Source of the DNA: Octopus sinensis
Taxonomy: Eukaryota
NCBI RefSeq assembly: GCF_006345805.1
Contig: NC_043002.1
Location: 10,292,001-10,356,000, forward strand
Direction of reading: 5' to 3'
DNA length: 64,000 nucleotides
The notes beneath the pieces were generated by a model, which had not been told where the DNA came from, searched no databases, and saw nothing but the letters and a program-made list of their open reading frames with translations. The stretch's first letter is position 1. The number at the start of each line of letters is the position of its first letter. The translations under genes were made by a program, and so were the position numbers. Positions 1 through 9,662 of this stretch are shown piece after piece.

Positions 1-110
1 CCTTGGGCAAGTGTCTTCGACTATAGCCTTGGGCCGACCAAAGTCTTGCGTGTGGATTTGGTAGACGGAAACAGAAAGAAGCCCATCGGATATATGTATA
101 TATATATATA

Positions 111-315
111 GTTAATCCAAACAAGAAAACACAAAAAAACACAACAACGAGAGGACGTTGAACAAATATAGTATTATTGGACGCTCAGGAAAGAAGGGAA
201 GAAGGAGGGTTTAACGTTTCGAGCGGAGCTCTTCGTCGGAAACATAGGAGAAGGAAAGATCCAGAGAAGGGAAGTCAGAGGAAAAAAAATCGCCAACGGT
301 ACACATGAGGTCACA
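111..315 (-). mobile_element. Short hammerhead-bearing Penelope pLTR-like insert (family H2) inside the SINE-B microsatellite
   Basis: Absent from the other SINE-B copies; flanked by (TA)n; minus strand reads gttt-CCGACGA-A-GAGC-tcc-GCTC-GAAA-CG-TT-aaac; downstream ttcctgagcgt is shared with family H1. Confidence 0.7.
209..243 (-). ncRNA. Minimal type I hammerhead ribozyme-like motif (CCGACGA core variant)
   Basis: Stem I gttt/aaac, stem II gagc/gctc, GAAA, palindromic AACGTT stem III region. Confidence 0.6.
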
Positions 316-726
316 TATATGTATGTGTGTGTGTATGTTTGTGTGTCTGTGTTTGTCCCCCCAACATCGCTTGACAACAGATGCTGGTGTATGTACGTAC
401 CCGTAACCTAGCAGTTCGGCAAAAGAGAGACCGATAGAATAAGCACTAGGCTTACAATGAATAAGTCCTGGGATCGATTTGTTCGACTAAAGGCGTCGCT
501 CCAGCATGGCCGCAGTCAAATGACTGAAACAAATAAAAGAACATATACAACGTAACAAACTGAGGAAAAGAAAACCTTCAAAGGCGTGTGATAAACATCC
601 AATTCAGTGGTACTTCAGTTAGATACCATATAATATTGGTATAATTCAATAATAAAGATAAGTTAAATTATAAGGATAAATTAAATATGGAACTGTGATT
701 ACGTATATCAGAAATATATATATAAG

Positions 727-1419
727 TGCAGACGACTGGCTGGGTGGATCCTAAGAACATTCAGAACCAGAGATAAGGAAACCATGATGGTCCTCTGGCG
801 GACATTCGTCCTCAGTCGCCTGGATTACTGCTCACAGCTATGGTCACCCACCAGTGTAAAATTAACAGCAGACCTTGAAGCAATCCAGAGAAGATTCACA
901 AAGAAGATCGTCTCTTTGCAACAGCTCAGCTACTGGGAAAGGTTGAAACAGCTAAGACTCTACTCCCTGAAGAGAAGACGGGAGAGGTATGCAGTAATAT
1001 ATGTCTGGAAAATCCTGGAAGGAACTGTGCCAAATTTTGGCATTGTAAGCTACACCAATGCTAGAACGGGACGACACTGCATAGTGCCAAAGATCCCAGC
1101 AATGCCATTACGCTTCAGGACCAGCTTCTGCAACAGCCTAGGTTTCAAGGGCCATAGCTTTTTAATATTCTCCCAAAGAGTCTGAGGAAATTGCACAAAG
1201 TAGATTTAGCGGTTTTAAAATCAAAGCTGGATATCTTCCTGTCAAGAGTCCCAGATGAACCTACCTCACGGCAAGAGGTGCAAATGAGAGTAGCTGTATC
1301 AAACGCCATTCTTCACCAAGTGCCACATATTAGACGAGGTTCGTCGTAATAACAGTGTAGCACAACACGGCGTTGCATCAGCATGGCCGCAGCTCTGAAC
1401 TGAAACTAGAAAAAAAAAA
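727..1419 (+). mobile_element. CR1-group LINE, 5'-truncated 3' end (RT C-terminus + 3' UTR + A tail)
   Basis: GWILRTFRTRDKETMMVLWRTFVLSRLDYCSQLWSP...LEAIQRRFTKKI...LSYWERLKQLRLYSLKRRRER (ORF 784..1185); ends cagcatggccgcagctctgaactgaaactagaaaaaaaaaa. Confidence 0.85.
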
Positions 1420-1591
1420 TTATAAGTCGAAACAATTTGTTGGCCTTTTATGGTTTTCATAATTCTTTAGATTATATAATATTATGTTATGTTATATATT
1501 ATATTTATAGTATTTAATGTAATATTATAATATAAATAAATTACTGGATTGTCAATAGGATATCTCTATATTTAATTGATATATATATATC

Positions 1592-1808
1592 TATATATGG
1601 AGGGCGTAAAGAGACAGAGAATGATTCACGTAAATCGATAAAAACCTTGGCTCTTAAAGTACAATATGTGTGTGTGTCTGTGTATACATGTAACATGTAA
1701 AAATAGAAAGCAGGCTTAAAGTTTTCAGATGATTAATAAATAGTTATGTATGTATGTATGTATGTATGTATGTATTGTATGTATGTATGTATGTATATGT
1801 ATTTATAC

Positions 1809-1889
<81 letters not shown>

Positions 1890-1928
1890 CATAGATATAT
1901 ACATACGTACATAAATTCATACATACAT

Positions 1929-1963
<35 letters not shown>

Positions 1964-2102
1964 ACTATTTATTAATCATCTGAAAACTTTAAGCCTGCTT
2001 TCTATTTTTACATGTATACACGCACACACACACACATATTGTACTTTTAGAGCCAAGGTTTTTATCGATTTATGTGAATCATTCTCTCTCTCTTTACGCC
2101 TT

Positions 2103-2110
<8 letters not shown>
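1592..2110. repeat. Fold-back inverted repeat, ~150-bp arms around a (TATG)n(TA)n(TACA)n(CA)n spacer
   Basis: Arm 1592..1747 is the reverse complement of 1961..2110 apart from a few substitutions and a 7-bp duplication. Confidence 0.9.
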
Positions 2111-2139
<29 letters not shown>

Positions 2140-3026
2140 ATATGTATGTATAGTTATGTATAGTTATGTATGCATGTTGTTTATCACCAACGCGAACACA
2201 ACCACCAACAGCAGCTATAATATATAATATGAAGCCGATTTCAAATAAAAACATATAACGTGGTGTCCTTGGGTATTTAATAGATAAATGAAATCTCTCT
2301 GACCTTAGATCTATCAGTAGTGACTTTTGACTAAACAGATACAACAGTACATATGTGTGCGTATGAATGTATATATAAGCATGTTTGTGTGCATGTGTGT
2401 GTGTCCGTGTGTGTGTATGTGTGTATTTATGTTTAACTCGGAATTGGAAGCGGCGAATTGCCGATAACATTTGGTGACACGTCAGCTATCTGGACTTTCT
2501 CTTCCACATTCCTTCATCATTTCATCTCGTTTTTATTATTAGATCAGTTGGAATAACATATTTTTCTGCTTTCACAAATCAGATGTTCCTTGGGCGAAGT
2601 TTTATACTACATGTATGTTGCGGAAAATTAATCGTTGCTAGTATTGGGTACGCCTTCAATTTAAGATGTCTGGGAAGAGGTTATCAAGCAGACCTGAAGG
2701 TAATAATGTAAAAAAAAAAAAAAACTGTAAAGAAAGTACTATGGATATTAAACTTGATGTTTAAAAAAAAATTTGATGCAGGACTGAAACAAAGTGGTAT
2801 TGTCACAATATTAAATATAGCAAAGTCTACAGTGGGAACAATACGTAACAACAAAATTATGACACGTACTCAAGAAGTTACTCTGTTCATTGTCCATACC
2901 CGACCTTTTTTTGTCCATAGATCTAATGTGGTCCTTAAAATGGAACGATTTTGGAGTCTATGGATCGAAGATGAGAATCAGCCTCATGTGTTGATAAACA
3001 CAAAGGTATTTCAAAAAGAAATACTA

Positions 3027-3601
3027 AGGCGACGAGCTGGCAGAAACGTTAGCAGGCCGGGCGAAATCCTTAGCGGTATTTCACCTGTCGCAACGTTGTG
3101 AGTTCAAACTCCGCCGAGGTCGACTTTGCCATTCATCCCAGTTACGTACTGGGGTCGATATATTCGACTTAATCCGTTTGTCTGTCCTTGTTTGTCCTCT
3201 CTGTGTTTAGTCCATTGTGGGTAATAAAGAAATAGGTATTTCGTCTGCTGCTACGTTCTGAGTTCAAATTCCGCCGAGGTCGACTTTGCCTTTCATCCTT
3301 TCGGGGTCGATTAAATAAGTACCAGTTACGTACTGGAGTCGATATAATCGACTTAATCCGTTTGTCTGTACTTGTTTGTCCTCTCTCTGTTTAGCCCCTT
3401 GTGTGTAGTAAAGAAATAGGTATTTCGTCTGCTGCTACGTTCTGAGCTCAAATTCCGCCGAGGTCGACTTTGCCTTTCATCCTTTGGGGGTCGACTAAAT
3501 AAGTACCAGTTACGTACTGGAGTCGATATAATCGACTTAATCCGTTTGTCTGTCCTTGTTTGTCCTCTCTGTGTTTAGCCACTTGTGGGTCGTAAAGAAA
3601 T
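3027..3601 (+). mobile_element. SINE family A, trimer
   Basis: Head ggcgacgagctggcagaaacgttagc plus three ~185-bp bodies joined at aaagaaata|ggtatttcgtctg; 18-bp TSD aggtatttcaaaaagaaa at 3004..3021 and 3602..3619. Confidence 0.9.
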
Positions 3602-3896
3602 AGGTATTTCAAAAAGAAACTAAAATTTTATATGGTGACTTACAGAAAAAAGGTGAAACTTCGAATGAAAATTCTTTTTGGGGTTAGTAAAGGCGGGTTT
3701 TGAAATGTTTAAGAATCTCATGAATGTGCACAACATAAAAATAAGTGATGAGACTGCAATCGGTAATAAAAAGGCTGCAACTAATTTTCAGAGCAGTTGA
3801 AGAAAATAATTTGCGAAGTGGGTTATACACCAGAGAAAGAAAACGATTTTGATGAAATTGCTCTTTTCTAGAATCGAACACTTGCTAGAACTTTTA

Positions 3897-5184
3897 CGAG
3901 GGGCGTTCAATAAGTAGTGCCCATGACCCACTTCCCATAGCAGTAGAGCAACGAAACTTGGCACAGTTATTAGTTTTTTTCTACATAGGAACCACCCAGA
4001 GTCACGCATTTCTCCCATCGTTTGATGCGGCTCTGGAGACCGTTTTTGTAGAAGAACCCAGCTTGGTCCTCCAACCTCAACGTGACTTCAGAAATCAAGG
4101 CTGCATCATCTGGGAAACGCTTTCCTTTCAAAAACAACTTCATGATTGGGAAGAGGTGAAAATCAGAGGGTGCAAGGTCAGGAAAGTAGGGGGATGGGGA
4201 GGAGTTCATAGCCATACGCCTGTGCTTCTGATCTGGCGACAAGCGAGTTGTGGACCGGAGCGTTGTCCTGCAGAAAGAGGATGCCTTTGCTGATCTTGCT
4301 CCGCCTCTTGATTTTGATAACTTCTCTTAATTTCCTCAAAAGTGAAGGATAATAGGCTCCTGCAATTGTGGTACCCTTTTCCAGGAAATCTGTCATCACT
4401 ACTCCGTCCTGGTCCCAGAAGACTGAGCATGACCTTGCCAGCGGAGGGCTGCACCCTTGCCTTCTTTGGAGGGGGTGAGTCACAGTGCTTCCACTGCATT
4501 GACTGGGCTTTGGTCTCTGGATCATCGTGATCGACCCAGGTTTCATCCTGTGTAATCAGTCTTTTGAAAAATTTTGACTCATCTTCTTGGCACGTCTCCA
4601 AATTCACCCTCGAGCACTCGACGCGTTCTTGCTTCTGGAAAGGCGTGAGCAACCTGGGAATCCATCTGGCAGACACCTTTTGCATATGCAAATGGTCATG
4701 AATGATAGTTTCCACAGACCCGGTACTAATCTTGACCTCATGGGCTATTTGGCGAATAATTATGCGTCGATCTTCCAAAATGGCAGCCTCAACTTGACGG
4801 ACAGATGCCTCATCAATGGCAGAAGGGGGCGACCAGATCTGGGAGCTGTTTCCACAGAGTTCCGACCATGTCTGAATTCACGATGCCAGCGTTTTACAAG
4901 GTCATGTGATGGGGCATCATCACCATAAGTTACTTTCATTTCATCAAAAGTCTACCGTGGTGTGCGTCCTTTCAAATACAAAAACCGGATCACTGCTCGA
5001 CACTCAACAGGCTCCATTTCACACTTGACTCGGTTCAAACACCTGTAAATCAGAAACCACAATTAATTCAGAGCTGTAATTTGTCACTTACTCTATAGAG
5101 ATATAAATAATTGCACATGCAAAATTTCAGCTAGATCAAACAACTGCAAGTGAGTCAGAGGCATTACTTATTGAACGTCCATCG
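3897..5184 (-). mobile_element. Full-length (1288 bp) mariner transposon, transposase broken by stops and frameshifts (irritans-like)
   Basis: 25-bp TIRs cgaggggcgttcaataagtagtgcc / ggcattacttattgaacgtccatcg, TA TSD; ATG at 5017; motifs WIPRLL, ITQDETW, LQDNAP, SPYFPDLAPSDFHLF. Confidence 0.95.
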
Positions 5185-6980
5185 TATTTCTCGAGAAGAA
5201 AATTCAACACTGGTGTTTAACACTCCCCAAAATCGCCGATGGTGATATAAAATTGAAGCCCCTACATGTGTATCATTCCGAAAATCTAATAACTTTCAAG
5301 GGTTACACGAAATTTAATCTATCTAAACTTTGGTGTCCAAATAAGATGTCATGGATGAGAAAGAATATGTTCAAAGTGTGGTTTACAAACGTCTTTCGTC
5401 CTGCCAGAGAAAGGTTCAGTGTCAGAATATTATTTTCCAACAAAACATTGTTTCTTTTAGGCAATGCATCGAGATACTCAGCGGACCTAAATGGCATTTC
5501 TGATAATGTGAGAGTAGAATATATCCCCCAAAATACAACTTCTTTACTCCAGTCAATGGCTCAAGGTTGGATAGCAAACTTCGAGGCAGATTATATCAGA
5601 AATGTCAAACAATTTATGATAGCTAATGACAATGAGAATAAACCTACAGTCTAAGATTTCTGGAAGAAATTCTATATAATAGATGCTGTGGAAAACATAG
5701 CTGAATCACAGGATGAAGTGAAGCGTTCAACTTCGAATAGTGCTTGGAAGAGATATGGTCAGACTATTTTCCCCCAAATAGAAAGTCTGCTTTACATTCG
5801 AAGAGATAGTGTGACAGGTGCAAAGAATGAAGAATTTGAAGAAGCCAGAGAATGGTGTGACTGAAATTCTAGTGTCCCAGAGTGAAAGTTAATTTCACAA
5901 GCAGCTGATACAGTTAGAAACAGAACAGACCGAGAATACAGATAACAACTGTTCCGCCTGCATGACTTAAACTGAGTACAAAAATTGTAGCTAAGAGGCT
6001 GGCACCTCTAGAGGAAGGGCTGCAGATTTTTGATGATAATAAATTTAATCATGAACATAACATGAAAATTACAAAAGGAGTTTACAATAAGCTCAGTTTC
6101 TATACTGAGCTGTAAGAGATGATGTCATATAAACCACAAACAACTTTGGATAAATTCTTCAGCATTCAAGCTCATTCAGATGATAAGGAACTATAAGAAA
6201 GTAAATAATATTCCCTATCTTCTTAGTAATGCTGATTCCCCATCACACCTCATACAGCAGTCACCATCTTTTGCGGTGAGAATATAAGTTTACGACATTA
6301 CGATTGTTATTAATTCCCTTAGGTATTCCAATTGAATGTGTTTATGTTCCATATTTTGTTTCGCAAGTTTAGAAATATTTAATTCCACGCATGTAGGTGA
6401 TCGCCTTGGCTGTTCTCTGTTGTTTTATTATGCTTATTTTATTTCTTATCTTTTTTTTCTAAAAAAGTCTATAGGAATGCAATCTCACTTGATGTTATGA
6501 AAATCAAAAGGAGAATTAAATTTGCCTTAAGCAATTTCGCGTCCCTGCCAGATTTTCGAAAATTCATCACGTAAAGCGAGGGATTCCTGATATTAGAAAC
6601 AACGCAAATTATTATCATAATCAAAAGTTCAACTAAGTTACACAACATTGCAAACCGCAGTAGTAATAAAATAAAATAATATATTGCAAACGCCAGGCGT
6701 TTCGTAAATCAAAACGGAAAATACACGCTTTTGTATTAAGGTTATAAGTTGAACATTTATTGCATTGCAGACCAGAAATGCAATAGTGTTTTTTTAAATC
6801 TTTGTTCATATTCTTATTGTTATAATTTGTTGATCTTATATGGCCATTTCAATGTTCACTTTTCCAGATGTTACACAATACACAAGATTTATGAGTGTTG
6901 TGTATGTCTTCGCGCATATGTAGATTTATAGGAGGCGATACACATCTGAAGACATTCATGTGCGTGTGTGTATATATACA

Positions 6981-7180
6981 CGCCATGATAGATCGTTAGC
7001 CACTACACACAGTTTTCTCTCTCCTTGTTTCTCTCCTTGTTTTTTCTGTGTCCCTTTCTGTAGAAGAGCGTAGGCTCGAAACGTAAAATACTTTTTCTAT
7101 TCCTGAGCGTTATACTAATACATCTGTTTGTTTTGTACACTACCTGTCTTCGTCTTTTGTTTTTTTTCGTAAACTCTCCC
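6981..7180 (+). mobile_element. Hammerhead-bearing short element family H1 (Penelope pLTR-like), copy 1
   Basis: cttt-CTGTAGA-A-GAGC-gtag-GCTC-GAAA-CG-TA-aaa then ttcctgagcgttatactaatacatctg...gtaaactctccc(TA)n; homologous to 19821 and 31716. Confidence 0.8.
7054..7089 (+). ncRNA. Minimal hammerhead ribozyme-like motif (CUGUAGA core variant)
   Basis: Core 7058..7064, stem II 7066-69/7074-77, GAAA 7078-81. Confidence 0.55.
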
Positions 7181-7190
7181 TATATATATA

Positions 7191-7246
<56 letters not shown>

Positions 7247-7417
7247 AATAGTAAATAATATATGTGTGTGTGTGTGTATATATAAACATATAATAAATAA
7301 TAATAGTATATATATATATATATTATATATATATATATATATATAAATATATACATATAATAAATAGTAAATAATATGTGTGTGTATATATACAAACATA
7401 TAATAAATAGTAAATAG

Positions 7418-7477
<60 letters not shown>
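7181..7477. repeat. Compound (TA)n/(TG)n microsatellite with imperfect higher-order repetition
   Basis: (TA)n runs separated by repeated taataaatagtaaataatatgtgtgtg...catataataaata units. Confidence 0.85.
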
Positions 7478-7971
7478 GGGACCAGGACATCACCAACGGT
7501 GCAAATAACATGATATACGTAAAGAAAATAGTTAAATAAGTAAACAACGAGGAAAAAAGGAAATCAGGACAATTAAACACAGAGAAAGGACCCGTCATCA
7601 TTTGTCGGCTATTTATTTACTCGTCATTTCGAGCATTCAACGACAATATGATTCTTTAACGACAGTTGCTCCCAGGAATTCTAAAATAAAATTTAGGATT
7701 TATGGATGGTCAAAGTTGACAGCGAAAACATGACAGTAGAGATATACAAGGAAACTGAACGGAAACAAACATGGAGAGTCGATAGACCAGAACGAGATGA
7801 AAATAGTGAACATTGTGAGAAATATTTTTTGAAAAGAGAAAAGATAGGAAAGAAAGAGAAAAAACGCGTACATTCTTTGAACGTCCCTGCAGTAAAATAA
7901 AGATGGACTATGATCACGTGTGAGCAACAAGAGAGAGTGTGTATATATATATATATATATATATACTGTGA

Positions 7972-8306
7972 AGGCACATGTCGCAGTGGTTAGAGCGTCG
8001 AGCTTACGATTTTGAGGTTGTGAGTTTGAATCCCGGACCGGGCTGCGTGTTGTGTTCTTCAGCAAGACACTTTATTTCACGCAATTCCAGTTCACTCAGC
8101 TGTAGAAATGAGTTGCGACGTCACAGGTGCCAAGCTGTATCGGCCCCTTTGCCTTTCCCTTGGATAACATCAGTGGCGTGGAAAGGGGAGGCCGGTATGC
8201 ATGGGTGACTGCTGGTCTTCGATAAACAACTTGCCCGGACTTGTGCCTGGGAGGGTAACTTTCTAGGTGCAATCCCATGGTCTGTGTCGTGACCGAAGAG
8301 GGTCCC
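7972..8306 (+). mobile_element. SINE family C (tRNA head + CORE-like domain)
   Basis: A-box-like gtcgcagtggttagag, B-box-like gtttgaatccc, then tgtgttcttcagcaagacactttatttcacg...ttcactcagctgtagaaatgagttgcg. Confidence 0.75.
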
Positions 8307-8520
8307 AGCATATATATATATATATATATCTGTGTGTGTGTGGTGTGTGTGTGTGTGTGAGTGTGTATACATACATATACATACATGCGTGTGTGTTTGC
8401 TTTTGTATCTGTATATTTGTGTCTGTGTTTGTCCTGTACCATCACTTAACAATCGCTATTAGTTTGTTTACGTCCCTGTAACAAAGGAATTACAGCAGTA
8501 CAATGACCAGAAATAAAAGA

Positions 8521-8554
<34 letters not shown>

Positions 8555-8639
8555 ACACACACACATATATATATATATATTATATATATATATAAAAGGA
8601 GCAAGACATGCGAGAATGGAGAGATTTAGACACTTTTTA

Positions 8640-9445
8640 TGTATATGATAAATATTCCCTTTAATCCAGCGAAAAGGATTTGCACTACAGAATCCGATGC
8701 AAATAGTCAGGAACTTTGCCTTCAGTACCTTAGAACGATATTAGCCGAGAGTCACAATGTAACCTCACTTATAGATTTTAGGATTAAAGAAAACTGATAT
8801 CAAAACACAAAGAGAAACGAGACTAAATCCCGCACCTCATCTAGAAATACTACTCTGTATTTCAACATTCAATCCTATAACCAATGAGGCATACAACACC
8901 ATTATTCAAAATCTACCAATGCTCAGTAGGGATCTAAAGATTAACAACATTCTAAAAACACACAAGTTCATCAAACGTAAAAAAAGAACCCAAATCACCG
9001 TAAAGAATTCTCTCAAATACAAACACTACGACCACAAAATATAAATAAAAAACACGGTGTTCCAAACTGTGGAAAATGCGCCAAACTACTGGAGTGTTTG
9101 GGATTCGACCTCAAACAAGGGCAGAGATTCACAATTAAGACTTCACTTGTACATCTGAAATTTTATTTACGTGATAACTTGTTCAGGATGTGTACGCAAT
9201 TATATAGGCCAAACAAGGATGTTACATAGACTGAGAACTACTCTGTATAAGTAACAGATTTGTTTCCCAAGTTATAGACAGATACTATTGAGCGAACACA
9301 TAGAGAGATACGCAGGTAATATACAACCAAACTTCACAGTTTTCCCCATCTACCGATGCAAGGAAGTAATATCCTATTCATGATCGATTAAATAAAGGGA
9401 ATATATTTATTGAAAAATACAAACTACGTCTGAATATGGGTACCT
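8640..9445 (+). mobile_element. Degenerate Penelope-like element, C-terminal linker + GIY-YIG region
   Basis: Translates in pieces to FNPITNEAYNTIIQNLPML...FTCTSE..IYVITCSGC...YIGQT; collinear with 50660..51400. Confidence 0.7.
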
Positions 9446-9480
9446 AAGCAGTTTGGGATTTTGCTACTATTCTAATTCAC

Positions 9481-9662
9481 GCCGGGCGAAATGCTTCGCG
9501 ACATTTCCTCCGTCGCTACGTTCTGAGTTCAAATTCCACCGAAGTCGACTTTACCTTGCATCCTTTCGGGAACGATAAATTAAGTACCAGTGAATCACTG
9601 GGGTCAATGTAATCGACTATTCGCCTCCCGCCTAAGTTCAGGCTTTGTATCTATAGTGGAAA
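9481..9662 (+). mobile_element. SINE family A, diverged, tail type 2
   Basis: gttctgagttcaaattccaccgaagtcgactttaccttgcatcctttcggg...aagtaccag. Confidence 0.8.

Larger units (their letters stand above)
1..541 (+). mobile_element. SINE family B (tRNA-headed, internal (TA)n(TG)n), cut by window start, interrupted by a hammerhead-bearing insert
   Basis: Body ccttgggcaagtgtcttc...ggatttggtagacggaaac, microsatellite, then tail ccagcatggccgcagtcaaatgactgaaacaa; matches the full copies at 45840 and 58222. Confidence 0.9.
2666..6589 (+). mobile_element. Degenerate Tigger/pogo (CENP-B HTH + DDE_1) DNA transposon with two nested insertions
   Basis: KKFDAGLKQSGIVTILNIAKSTVGTI (HTH); KPLHVYHSEN...SWM...VWF...LFLLGNA...VEYIPQNTTSLLQSMAQG (DDE_1, ORF 5253..5654); reading continues RTF|ISREE across the mariner; right-TIR-like cgtaaagcgagggattcctg ends 6589; left TIR not found. 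Confidence 0.8.

Noticed and set aside
1733-1964. ORFs of YI/CV/HT repeats here and at ~7.1, 14.8, 16.5, 20.0, 23.0, 36.1, 39.2 and 43.6 kb
   Set aside because: Translations of (TA)n/(TG)n microsatellites that lack stops; not genes
3027-3601. Regularly spaced repeats suggesting a CRISPR-like array (also 47646..48437)
   Set aside because: Units are ~185-bp SINE bodies without unique spacers; eukaryotic context, no cas genes
7706-7900. 64-aa ORF MVKVDSENMTVEIYKETERKQ...
   Set aside because: Low complexity, no recognisable domain or splice context; may be a repeat remnant
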